Source: Thermoplasmata archaeon (GTDB lineage Archaea; Thermoplasmatota; Thermoplasmata; Halarchaeoplasmatales; Halarchaeoplasmataceae). Taken from it: a stretch of DNA of 64,000 nucleotides. The position numbers were made by a program, and so were the translations under genes. This document shows, in pieces, positions 35,510 to 44,110 of the stretch. Positions within the stretch are counted from its first letter, which is position 1. Each line of letters begins with the position of its first letter. The stretch is from the NCBI GenBank assembly GCA_003553085.1, contig PUPH01000066.1:568-64567 (forward strand), given 5' to 3'. The notes below the pieces were generated by a model. It saw only the letters and a program-made list of their open reading frames with translations, was not told where the DNA came from and searched no databases.

Positions 35510-35660
35510 ATTATTACCTATACATAATCATGACCAAGATTATTATAGTTTGCCCCAGATGGACAGGGAGTCCACTGCAAAAATATTTATATTAGCACCC
35601 CTAATGCCGTGGGTAAATCCATAGTATTATACAGTATAATGTTCCAAGGAGGAACCACAT

Positions 35661-38534
35661 ATGAAACCAAAAACAGCAGGCAAATTGGCTACCGGCCTGA
35701 TGGTGCTTTTACTAGTGCTGTCAGGTGCGATGGTACTGCAATGGAATGCGCGAGCAGAAGAACGCCACGTAGGAACAGTCGAGGGTATCGTACAGGCTGA
35801 AGATGGAAGCCTAATTCCAGAAGGATTCAATATCAAACTTGAGGATCTCAACGAGGAAATAACCATAGAATCACAAACTCACAAAGGTGGATACTTCCAG
35901 TTCTCAGACCTTGATGTAGGTCATTATCAAATATCCGTACCTTCTCAGACCCATGATAGAGCATATCATGGAACTGGATCCGGTGTTCTAGAAGTAACGA
36001 GAGATGCATCGGTTTATGAGGAGCTCACGGTCGTTTCTAGGGTAAGAGAGCACACAGTTAACGGTACTGTGTTGGATGAACTAGGAGAGGTCGTGGAAGA
36101 TGCACAGATCCATCTGTTTGATGGTGATTATCATTTCCAGACCGGGATCGATAACGTAACTTCCGGTGAATTCGAGTTCAAGGCTTACAACGGAACGTTC
36201 GACCTCAGAGTCGAGGCAGAAGATCATGCACCATATATGGTCCATGATCTTGTGATCAACCAAACTACGACCATAGATTTGGTATTGAAGGATACCCCGC
36301 ATGTCAGTGGACACTTGTGGTCCACAGATGGATATGGTATCACTTCTCAGATCGAAGTCACGCTTATCGATCAACATACATCCGATATGCTACGGGCCAC
36401 TATGCCCGAAGGTAACCCATGGTTCACTATCGGTGCATCTACCGGAGAATATACATTGATAGTTTCAGCGGATGGTTACAAACCATATATAAACGAAAAT
36501 ATCGAAATAGTCGATGAATACAGCAATGTTCCCCTGGGTAGAAGGTTCGTAGATAGGTCCGAAACCGAGAAGATAACAACAGACATAACCTTCGAGGATT
36601 GGAACTCCCTCACGGTGACCCGTGAAAGGACACTGGAGATCAACAGTCGAATGATGGGATTGGATCACTGGTATCTGGGTAACCTACGTATGCAGATAGA
36701 CATGGTGTTCGGAAACGGAGACGGAGTCGTTACTGAATCAGATGTTGAAGAATTCAGAGATTGGTTGGAGTACAGAGAAGCAAACCATCTGACGACCCAG
36801 AGGATGCTTTGGTTGGAAGACTCGGTTTATGAATTGGAAGAAAATTATTCCTTCGATTCTGATGATCTCGATGCTCTTGTCGGTGAGGTTACCGATCTAG
36901 ACGTGGACACCATGACCATAACAAGTGAGAAGGAGTACGCCGCAGAAGACATGGAATTCCCCGAGGATGGATCACTTTTGATCAACATGGGATTGAAGAA
37001 TGATGTCGTTGTAGGTAATTACCGTGACTATTCATACCAGCTAAACATCCCTGAAGGGTTCGAAAGGGTTCCAACGGCACAGCAAGAGATCCCTGATGAT
37101 GTAACAATCGAAGGTCACACACAGATGTCTATCGACACACCCGAAGGCGTCGGACGCTCATATCTGACACTTGATGTCCATATGTCAGAACAGGGAGAAG
37201 CTTCTGTTATACTGGTTGAAGATGTCAACGTTTACGAAATGGATGACAAATATTACGCCGTCAGGCAGGATACAGAAGTGACCATCAGAGCGGAACTCAC
37301 CGATCCGGTGGGCAGGGAAGAGGACGCAAACTTCACATGGCTCATCGATGGTACAGAGATCGGCAAATACGGTAGTGAGATAGTCCATACATTCACGGCT
37401 GAAGATGAAGTGAACCTCACAGTCAGTGTTAAACAGGCAGGTGGATTGATCGTAACATCCTATGCGAACGTGTTGATAGATGGAACAGGACCACAAGGAG
37501 ATATCGAAGTCGATGAAACTGTGATAGATGAAAGGGAAGAGATCATGTTCTCAGCATACAACTTCACCGACGAAAGTGGCGTCAGAGAATTCACCTGGAA
37601 CTTCAGTGACGGAACCGACTATGTAACAGGCACCAACGTGACGCATTCATTCGAACTGTACGGTGTTTACGAAGTAACCGTGAACGCTACCGATGTTGTT
37701 GGTAACTGGAACCTAGAAACAATAGAGATAGAGGTAAGGGACGTTACACCTCCGGTCGCTCGGTTCGTGGCCACATATGACGACGAAGAGGTGGAAAGTG
37801 ACAATATAACCGCTCCAGTGCGCCTAGAACGGGGACAGGAGTTCTCTTTGGACGCAAGCATCTCTTATGACCCTGAAGGATTCGACGGCGAAGAATCGGA
37901 TATAAGCGTTGTATGGTGGTTCAGCAGAGTCGATTACCGCAGCGAAGAGTTCGAGATCTTGAACTACTCCTTCACCGAACTAGGTACGTACGACATAACT
38001 CTTAACGTCACAGACGAAGCAGGCAATTACGACAACATCACGAGGACCCTTGAGATCGTTCCTGGACCAAGCCCGAACATAGAGATCGTTGATGTATCAC
38101 TTGCAGAAGACAGAGTCAGAGCAGGTGATACGGTACAGGTAGTAGCCAACGTGACCAACTACGGAACCGCCAATGCCACCAGCGTTAGTGTTCTGTTCCG
38201 TGTCGACGGCGAGCCGGTAACTATCACCCCAGGATTCTACTATGTAGACAACGAAGAGGCACCGGATAACACGATACCCATGGATGAGTACCGGTTGATA
38301 AAGTTCGATTGGGAAGCAGATGATTCTGGTGAACATACGTTGACGGTGAACGTAACCGATGCAGAGGAACCGGCGGCTTGGCAATACGATAACGAGATGG
38401 ATCTTACTGTGAACGTCGATCCACCTCAATGGAGGACGATGATAGGCTACATACTAGTACCAGTCATCATAATCGGTGTTGCGGTAGGTCTATACCTGAA
38501 CAAAGATAAAGTTCAGGGAATGCTCAAGAAGTAA
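35661..38534 (+). CDS. 957-aa acidic surface protein: signal/anchor, carboxypeptidase-regulatory-like, PKD-like and CARDB-like Ig modules, C-terminal TM anchor
   Basis: SD AGGAGG 9 nt upstream. KLATGLMVLLLVLSGAMVL. GTVEGIVQAEDGSLIPEGFNIKLEDL (CarboxypepD_reg-like). PKD-like FTWNFSDGTDYVTGTNVTHSFELYGVYEVTVNATDVVGN and YSFTELGTYDITLNVTDEAGN. CARDB-like VRAGDTVQVVANVTNYGTANATSVSVLFRVDG. C-terminal IGYILVPVIIIGVAVGLYL. Confidence 0.8.
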   Translation: MKPKTAGKLATGLMVLLLVLSGAMVLQWNARAEERHVGTVEGIVQAEDGSLIPEGFNIKLEDLNEEITIESQTHKGGYFQFSDLDVGHYQISVPSQTHDRAYHGTGSGVLEVTRDASVYEELTVVSRVREHTVNGTVLDELGEVVEDAQIHLFDGDYHFQTGIDNVTSGEFEFKAYNGTFDLRVEAEDHAPYMVHDLVINQTTTIDLVLKDTPHVSGHLWSTDGYGITSQIEVTLIDQHTSDMLRATMPEGNPWFTIGASTGEYTLIVSADGYKPYINENIEIVDEYSNVPLGRRFVDRSETEKITTDITFEDWNSLTVTRERTLEINSRMMGLDHWYLGNLRMQIDMVFGNGDGVVTESDVEEFRDWLEYREANHLTTQRMLWLEDSVYELEENYSFDSDDLDALVGEVTDLDVDTMTITSEKEYAAEDMEFPEDGSLLINMGLKNDVVVGNYRDYSYQLNIPEGFERVPTAQQEIPDDVTIEGHTQMSIDTPEGVGRSYLTLDVHMSEQGEASVILVEDVNVYEMDDKYYAVRQDTEVTIRAELTDPVGREEDANFTWLIDGTEIGKYGSEIVHTFTAEDEVNLTVSVKQAGGLIVTSYANVLIDGTGPQGDIEVDETVIDEREEIMFSAYNFTDESGVREFTWNFSDGTDYVTGTNVTHSFELYGVYEVTVNATDVVGNWNLETIEIEVRDVTPPVARFVATYDDEEVESDNITAPVRLERGQEFSLDASISYDPEGFDGEESDISVVWWFSRVDYRSEEFEILNYSFTELGTYDITLNVTDEAGNYDNITRTLEIVPGPSPNIEIVDVSLAEDRVRAGDTVQVVANVTNYGTANATSVSVLFRVDGEPVTITPGFYYVDNEEAPDNTIPMDEYRLIKFDWEADDSGEHTLTVNVTDAEEPAAWQYDNEMDLTVNVDPPQWRTMIGYILVPVIIIGVAVGLYLNKDKVQGMLKK

Positions 38535-38540
38535 AACCCA

Positions 38541-38567
38541 AAACCCCCTTCTTTTTTTACCTTTTTT
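38541..38567. terminator. Bidirectional oligo-T/oligo-A terminator candidate between convergent genes
   Basis: AAACCCCCTTCTTTTTTTACCTTTTTTT lies between the stop of the 957-aa gene (38534) and the stop of argS (38568). The reverse strand reads ..GGGGGTTTTGGGTTTT. Confidence 0.4.
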
Positions 38568-40247
38568 TCACATATATTCTGGTGCAGCTATGCCCAGTGC
38601 ATCCAATATATCTTCCATCAACTTTTTGAACGAAAGTACAATGGCGAGTCTTTCTTTTTTGTTTTCTTCTGCTTTTAGTACTGGATAGTCCCGGTAAAAC
38701 TGATGAAACTCAGCGGCCAATTTAACGGCATAATTGGCGAGTAGATGAGGAGATGTGGTTGATTCTTGGATAACCATGGGATACTTCGCCATGGTCTTCA
38801 CCAATCCGACCTCACCTTTTGATCCCAGGGAAGACGGATCAACCGTCTTCAGCTGCTCTGTATCTTCACCCCATCTTCGTAGTATGCTTGCCGCCCGGGC
38901 ATGAGAGTACTGAACGAAGGGGGCGCTGCTGCCTTGGAAGTTCAAAGCCTCGTCCCATCGAAAATCGATGGGTTTCTCCGGCTGCACCTTTATGATGTTG
39001 AACCTCACAGCTCCCATACCCACCTTCTCAGCTATATCTTCCACTTCATCGGGTGTGAGGTCTTCTCTTCTCTGTAATATCTCTTCCCTAGCCCGTTCTT
39101 TTGCACTTTCCATCAATCCATCGAGCCACACGGACCTTCCGGACCTGGTTGACATCTTCTCCCCTTCCAGCGAAACAAATGAATAGAAAATGAAATCCGG
39201 CGCCGGCGATGCTTTCAAAGCCTCCATGGCCTTCCGTATGGAGAGTGCATGCATCTTATGATCCTCTCCCAGTACATCCAATATTATATCGGTTCGATCC
39301 GCTTTTCCCATATGATAGGCTATATCTCGGGCAGGGTAGAGACTGGTACCGTCACTTCTTGTAAGATAAACTCTGTGGTCATCCCATCCCATGTAAAGAG
39401 CGCCTTCGTCGTCTCCACAAACAGAAAGCGGTCGCAGTGCTTCGACGGCTTCCCTCACCTTCCCATCTATCACCAAAGATGATTCAGATTTGTAGCTGTC
39501 GTGTGTGATGTTAAGTCGTTCGAGGGATGATATATGTCCGGAAAGTACCTTCCTGGAGTTTTCCTGGAAGGAGCCTACCACTCCTTCATCCCCTGATTCC
39601 ATCTGCTGGATGATCTCCTGGATGCCTTCCTGTACACCCTCATCCTCCTCCATCATGGCCGATGCTCTTTGGTAGTACACCGAGAGTTCATGATCCGGCT
39701 TCTCCAACTCTACATCCCCAACATCAGAGGGATCTAGATTTTTTAACCCCCAAGTCAGGATAGCTACCTGACGACCCATGTCATCGACGTAATATTCCGT
39801 GGTGACGTCATACCCAAGGCGTTTGAATATCCTAGCCACGGTGTCCCCTATGATAGGGTTCCGGGCATTACCTACATGGAGCGGTGCATTGGGGTTGGCA
39901 CTGGTATGTTCGATCAATATCTTTTCATCTACAGGGTCGAACCATCCAAATCTACCTTCTATACACGAATCCACTGTATTTTTTAAAACGTACTCGTCAT
40001 CGATGATGAAATTGACATATGGACCTGCCTGCTCAACGGTTCCCAGAGATAGGTCTATCTTCGCTACTATATCTGAAGCTATCTCCTGAGGCGGTTTCTT
40101 TAGTCTTGATGAGAATACAAAACACGGTACCGCATAATCTCCCCGTTCTTCAGACGGTATCTCCAGCGGTATCTCTATATCGTCGCCCAGTACCCTCTTC
40201 AACTCGCTCTTTATCTCTTTTTCGAATTCCATGAACGCGTACTTCAT
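38568..40247 (-). CDS. argS: Arginine--tRNA ligase
   Basis: 559 aa. HTSANPNAPLHVGNARN (HIGH-type), the class I core, MSTRSGRSV (KMSKS-type) and a C-terminal DALR-like anticodon-binding region (VGMGAVRFNIIK..APFVQYSHARAASILR). Confidence 0.9.
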   Translation of the reverse strand: MKYAFMEFEKEIKSELKRVLGDDIEIPLEIPSEERGDYAVPCFVFSSRLKKPPQEIASDIVAKIDLSLGTVEQAGPYVNFIIDDEYVLKNTVDSCIEGRFGWFDPVDEKILIEHTSANPNAPLHVGNARNPIIGDTVARIFKRLGYDVTTEYYVDDMGRQVAILTWGLKNLDPSDVGDVELEKPDHELSVYYQRASAMMEEDEGVQEGIQEIIQQMESGDEGVVGSFQENSRKVLSGHISSLERLNITHDSYKSESSLVIDGKVREAVEALRPLSVCGDDEGALYMGWDDHRVYLTRSDGTSLYPARDIAYHMGKADRTDIILDVLGEDHKMHALSIRKAMEALKASPAPDFIFYSFVSLEGEKMSTRSGRSVWLDGLMESAKERAREEILQRREDLTPDEVEDIAEKVGMGAVRFNIIKVQPEKPIDFRWDEALNFQGSSAPFVQYSHARAASILRRWGEDTEQLKTVDPSSLGSKGEVGLVKTMAKYPMVIQESTTSPHLLANYAVKLAAEFHQFYRDYPVLKAEENKKERLAIVLSFKKLMEDILDALGIAAPEYM

Positions 40248-41476
40248 ACCAGTCCCTCGTCTATCCTGAATCTTAATATCGCCGCGATCCCACCGAAGGC
40301 CTTCAGAAGTAGTTCCCCTTCCTCGGATTCGTCTGATATGAGTTCTACCGAGGAACCGGTATTCTCGGCCTGCTCATAAAGCTCATCAATGATATCCCGT
40401 TTGTTCTCGACTTCCATGTAGGAACCACATTCGGGACATTCAGGCTCCTTTGCAGGTGGTGTCAAAGAGAACTCGTCCTCATGTCCACATTCACCGCAGA
40501 CCGCTTCGACCTGTTTTTTGTTTATCCCATCTGAAATCAACAGTGTATCTACCGCACCTATCATCAGTGCTTTCTTAACCTGCTCCTCTCCATAGGTCGC
40601 TAGGCCACCGTTCGGTTTACGAATCTCCTCCAGCAGTTTATTCACCAGCTTCTTCTCCTTCACCACTTCCAGGTCGGAGAGTGTGTCTTCGGCCATCTTC
40701 ACCAGTTCCCGCAGACCGTACTCGTCGGTGTAACCGGTGTTGAACCGATCGACCACTTTTTTCTGTAGTTCGTGGTGTAGATAATCACCGTCGGCGAATT
40801 CGTCCTTGGTGGCACCAGGACCGCCGAGTATCAGACCCTCTATGTTCTCATCGAGTAGGAGTCTGTTGGCCTTGTCACCCACCTTTTTAAAATATTGGTG
40901 TGCGGCACCCTCTATGAGCCTCTCGAACCTCTGGGCGGACTGACCTCCTTTGGAGTGTTTGCTGGGTATCAGTGATTGAACGTTGGTCAGAGTTTCCACC
41001 CGATTACCGTTCAACAGACCGATGGTTGCTTCGCTCCGGTCCACGACGACCAGTCCGTATTTCTTCCTTTCTCCCACCATATTTCTTAACGGTTCTAGGT
41101 AGAACTCCGAATCACACCGGTACATGAAAGTCTCTATGGGGGACGGTGGTTCTATGGTCTCGGATATCATCTCGGTTTGATCGCCCGCTGCGGATACATG
41201 CCCTACGAAGAAAACTAAACCGTTCTCGGGTGGTTTTTTGAAGTATTTCAATTTGGATAATATCGATTTCAATGCGGCTTGAACGTGTTTCTTGGTGGAC
41301 TTCGATTTGATATTGGAGCTCTGAGACATCTCCTCCCTGAGGTAAGATGCTACATCAGATATCTGTTTGTCTGGTGGTACGTATAGTGAAATAAGTTCCG
41401 TCCCACGACCTTTTAGCTCCTGTATTTTCTCAAGTGCCTTCTTGAACTCGTACTCTTGTTTTTTGGACATATCCAT
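40244..41476 (-). CDS. prf1: Peptide chain release factor aRF1
   Basis: NIKS (SSNIKSKSTKK) and GGQ (HSKGGQSAQRF) motifs. C-domain with an inserted CxxC..CxxC ribbon (CGECG..CPECG, about 40427-40498). I chose the start at MDMSKKQEYEFKKALE (41476) rather than the track start at 41677. 4-nt overlap with argS. Confidence 0.9.
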   Translation of the reverse strand: MDMSKKQEYEFKKALEKIQELKGRGTELISLYVPPDKQISDVASYLREEMSQSSNIKSKSTKKHVQAALKSILSKLKYFKKPPENGLVFFVGHVSAAGDQTEMISETIEPPSPIETFMYRCDSEFYLEPLRNMVGERKKYGLVVVDRSEATIGLLNGNRVETLTNVQSLIPSKHSKGGQSAQRFERLIEGAAHQYFKKVGDKANRLLLDENIEGLILGGPGATKDEFADGDYLHHELQKKVVDRFNTGYTDEYGLRELVKMAEDTLSDLEVVKEKKLVNKLLEEIRKPNGGLATYGEEQVKKALMIGAVDTLLISDGINKKQVEAVCGECGHEDEFSLTPPAKEPECPECGSYMEVENKRDIIDELYEQAENTGSSVELISDESEEGELLLKAFGGIAAILRFRIDEGLV

Positions 41477-41596
41477 GGAGACCAATTCCGGAATCCAAAC
41501 AAATCCGGTGCGATAAATATGTTTTGTGGATTCAAACCGGGTAGATAATAAATTGAGCACTGAGAATAAGAGTAAGTTATAAATATAAGTTAAGTA

Positions 41597-42088
41597 GTGG
41601 TTAACAACATGGTGAACGACGAACTTACCGGTAGGGATAGAGAATACCTTCGGGCTTTGTTCCTTTTGAAAGCACATGAAGGGCCGGTCGGTCCCGCTGA
41701 AATAGCTAAAGTGATGGATGTTTCACGTGTGGCCGCACTCAAGAAGATGAGACGGTTAGAGTACCTGGGCTATGGAGAGTATATCACTAGAAAAGGACTG
41801 AAGATAAATAGTGAAGCCGAGGAGCTTGTGCAGCAGGATATACGTAAACATCATCTTCTGGAAAAGTTCCTAGAGGCCACTTTGGACATGGGATCTGAAG
41901 AAGCTTGTGATGAATCGGCGGCATTGGACATCTCGGTTAGCGGTAACCTATTGGAGAAGATGGATTCTAAATACGGCAGCGATCTGCATTGTGACTGTGG
42001 ATGCTGTATTTCAACCGACTATGAACCTGAGGATCTTTACGATTGCCACTGGTATCAGAAACAGTTCTCCATTGGAATCAATTGGTGA
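41597..42088 (+). CDS. DtxR/MntR-family metal-dependent transcriptional repressor with a Cys-rich C-terminal tail
   Basis: Winged-helix N-domain (REYLRALFLLKAHEGPVGPAEIAKVMDVSRVAALKKMRRLEYLGYGEYI) and dimerisation/metal region (RKHHLLEKFLEATLDM..CDESAALD). Tail HCDCGCCISTDYEPEDLYDCHWY. Directly upstream of the Znu-like operon. Confidence 0.75.
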   Translation: MVNNMVNDELTGRDREYLRALFLLKAHEGPVGPAEIAKVMDVSRVAALKKMRRLEYLGYGEYITRKGLKINSEAEELVQQDIRKHHLLEKFLEATLDMGSEEACDESAALDISVSGNLLEKMDSKYGSDLHCDCGCCISTDYEPEDLYDCHWYQKQFSIGINW

Positions 42089-42092
42089 TGAT

Positions 42093-44102
42093 ATGAAAGA
42101 TCAAATGATGATCTTGGGCGTTGTGTTTTTACTGATCATGACTGTGTTTTCTACCGGCTGTATCGATGATGACGACGGTGAATACGATCTGCGAGTCGCT
42201 GTCACCATACCGCCGCAAAGGGAGTGGGTAGAACGGATAGGCGGAGATAACATAGACGTGGTCGTTATGGTGCCTCCAGGAGAAGATCCACATACCTTCG
42301 AGCCCGATCCAGGATTGATGCAGAAGTTGAGCGATGCAGACATCTATTTCAAGTTGGGTTCTGGTATGGAATTCGAAGAAAGATATATGGACAATATCAA
42401 GGATCAGAACCCTGACATGGTTGTCGTCGATGCAAGCGAAGCTATAAATCTAAGACATTTTGGTGATACGCATGTACAAGAGATCGGAAAATTCGAGATC
42501 GTAGATAGAAGTGTTGGCGATATCGCCGCTTATGTCCACTCGGACCATTGGCACGGAAGTTTACCGGAAGTTCGTGTAGGAGAGCATATTTCACTCGGGG
42601 CAAACATTGAAGATGACGAAGGAAACGAAATAATCCTCGATGGTAATGACTACGAACTCAAGGTAGATCTGGCCGGAGGTGCAAACGAAGGGGTAGTGAG
42701 TTTCCATCAGCATACGGATCATGTACACATCGTAGGAGAGACCCAGGGACACACAAGGGTGGTTTTCCAACTGTGGGATCACGATCGTGTGGAATACCAG
42801 ACTCCTTCTATAGCCGTGTTCGTGGGTGAGGGAGAACATGAAGACGATATCAGTGAGTTCAAGATCATAGATAGGAGTAAGGATGAAGTCACTGCTTACG
42901 TACATGGTGATCATTGGCACGGGAGTTTACCAGAAGTTAATGTAGAAGAGCATATTTCACTCGGCGCAAACATTGAAGATGCGGAAGGAAACGAAATAAT
43001 CCTCGACGGCGATCACTACGAACTCAAGGTAGATCTGGCCGAAGGTGCAGACGAAGGGATAGTGAGTTTCCACCAGCACACGGACCACGTTCACATCGTA
43101 GGTGATACCGAAGGACAAACCGAGGTGGTTTTCCAGCTTTGGCATGACGGTCATGTGGAATATGAGACCCCTTCTATAGCCGTGTTCGTGGAAGATGAGC
43201 AGAAGATGGTACATGGAACCTTTTCTTTAACATCTCATGATCACAACGAAGGGGCGGATCCTCACACATGGATGTCACTCACAAAGGCTGAGAAGATGAT
43301 AGAACATCTGGTCGAGACGGTCGTGGAGTTAGATCCTGATAATGAAGAATTGTACAGAGAGAATGCCGCTGATTACATCGCTGAACTTCAAGGTCTACAT
43401 CAAAAAATCAGTGAGAAGATGGCCCCTTATCGAGGAGAAAAGTTCTTGACATATCATCCCTCCATGGGCTATTTCGCAGACGATTACCGCCTTGTACATC
43501 TTGCCATCGAGATCGAAGGAGAGGATCCTGGTCCAGGACAGATCGCCGGGATCATCGATATCGCGAAAGAAGAAGATATCAGGATCATCTTCGTTTCACC
43601 TCAGTTCGACGACAGCGCAGCTAAGACCATAGCTGAAGAGATCGATGGCGAAGTTAAATCTCTCAACCCGTTGTCCGATGGCTATCTGGATAATATCGAA
43701 CAAATTGCTCGATCTCTTGTGGAATCTTTTGGTGAAGAGGAACATGAAGACGATATCAGTGAGTTCGAGATCATAGATAGGAGTAAGGATGAAGTCACTG
43801 CTTACGTACATGGTGATCATTGGCACGGAAGTTTACCAGAAGTTCGTGTAGGAGAGCATATATCACTCGGGGCAAACATTGAAGATGCGGAAGGAAACGA
43901 AATTCCCCTCGACGGTGATCACTACGAACTCAAGGTCGAGCTAGCCGAAGGTGCTAACGAAGGTATAGTAAGTTTCCATCAGCACACGGATCATGTGCAC
44001 ATCGTAGGAGAGATGGAAGGAGGAACCGAAATAGTTTTCCAGTTACGGCATCAAGATCATATAAAATATGAAACTCCGCCTATAGCTGTGGTGGTCGAAT
44101 GA
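42093..44102 (+). CDS. ZnuA/TroA-family (cluster A-I) metal ABC substrate-binding lipoprotein carrying three copies of a roughly 120-aa His-rich (HxxHxH) module
   Basis: MKDQMMILGVVFLLIMTVFSTGC (lipobox-like). N-lobe VTIPPQREWVERIGGDNIDVVVMVPPGEDPHTFEP. C-lobe DPHTWMS..FLTYHPSMGYFADDY..IRIIFVSPQFDDSAAKTIAEEI. Two modules are inserted between the lobes and one is appended at the C-terminus. Each module has YVHGDHWHGSLPEV and HQHTDHVHIVGE. Confidence 0.8.
   Translation: MKDQMMILGVVFLLIMTVFSTGCIDDDDGEYDLRVAVTIPPQREWVERIGGDNIDVVVMVPPGEDPHTFEPDPGLMQKLSDADIYFKLGSGMEFEERYMDNIKDQNPDMVVVDASEAINLRHFGDTHVQEIGKFEIVDRSVGDIAAYVHSDHWHGSLPEVRVGEHISLGANIEDDEGNEIILDGNDYELKVDLAGGANEGVVSFHQHTDHVHIVGETQGHTRVVFQLWDHDRVEYQTPSIAVFVGEGEHEDDISEFKIIDRSKDEVTAYVHGDHWHGSLPEVNVEEHISLGANIEDAEGNEIILDGDHYELKVDLAEGADEGIVSFHQHTDHVHIVGDTEGQTEVVFQLWHDGHVEYETPSIAVFVEDEQKMVHGTFSLTSHDHNEGADPHTWMSLTKAEKMIEHLVETVVELDPDNEELYRENAADYIAELQGLHQKISEKMAPYRGEKFLTYHPSMGYFADDYRLVHLAIEIEGEDPGPGQIAGIIDIAKEEDIRIIFVSPQFDDSAAKTIAEEIDGEVKSLNPLSDGYLDNIEQIARSLVESFGEEEHEDDISEFEIIDRSKDEVTAYVHGDHWHGSLPEVRVGEHISLGANIEDAEGNEIPLDGDHYELKVELAEGANEGIVSFHQHTDHVHIVGEMEGGTEIVFQLRHQDHIKYETPPIAVVVE
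42471..42830 (+). repeat. His-rich module, copy 1 (coding repeat inside ZnuA-like gene)
   Basis: Encodes HVQEIGKFEIVDRSVGDIAAYVHSDHWHGSLPEVRVGEHISLGANIEDDEGNEIILDGNDYELKVDLAGGANEGVVSFHQHTDHVHIVGETQGHTRVVFQLWDHDRVEYQTPSIAVFV. Aligns along its full length with copies 2 and 3. Confidence 0.9.
42834..43193 (+). repeat. His-rich module, copy 2
   Basis: Encodes HEDDISEFKIIDRSKDEVTAYVHGDHWHGSLPEVNVEEHISLGANIEDAEGNEIILDGDHYELKVDLAEGADEGIVSFHQHTDHVHIVGDTEGQTEVVFQLWHDGHVEYETPSIAVFV. The first roughly 105 nt are almost identical to copy 3. Confidence 0.9.
43740..44099 (+). repeat. His-rich module, copy 3 (C-terminal)
   Basis: Encodes HEDDISEFEIIDRSKDEVTAYVHGDHWHGSLPEVRVGEHISLGANIEDAEGNEIPLDGDHYELKVELAEGANEGIVSFHQHTDHVHIVGEMEGGTEIVFQLRHQDHIKYETPPIAVVV. 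Confidence 0.9.
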
Positions 44103-44110
44103 ATATCTGA

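Noticed and set aside
35259-35624. Alternative ORFs in the 35.25-35.66 kb spacer (121 aa on the plus strand, 60 aa on the minus strand)
   Set aside because: The plus-strand product is Leu/Phe/Ser-rich and featureless. The 60-aa minus-frame ORF has no structural pattern. The 73-aa Lys/Cys-rich frame is the most protein-like, though itself of low confidence.
41477-41677. N-terminal 67-aa extension of the aRF1 ORF (track start 41677)
   Set aside because: The extension is hydrophobic and low in complexity, and it overlaps the start of the divergent DtxR gene. The conserved aRF1 N-terminus begins at MDMSKKQEYEFKKALEKI (41476).
41907-42092. Upstream extension of the ZnuA-like ORF (track start 41907)
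   Set aside because: It overlaps the 3' part of the DtxR gene in another frame. ATG 42093 yields a proper lipoprotein-type signal (..VFSTGC) 5 nt after the DtxR stop.
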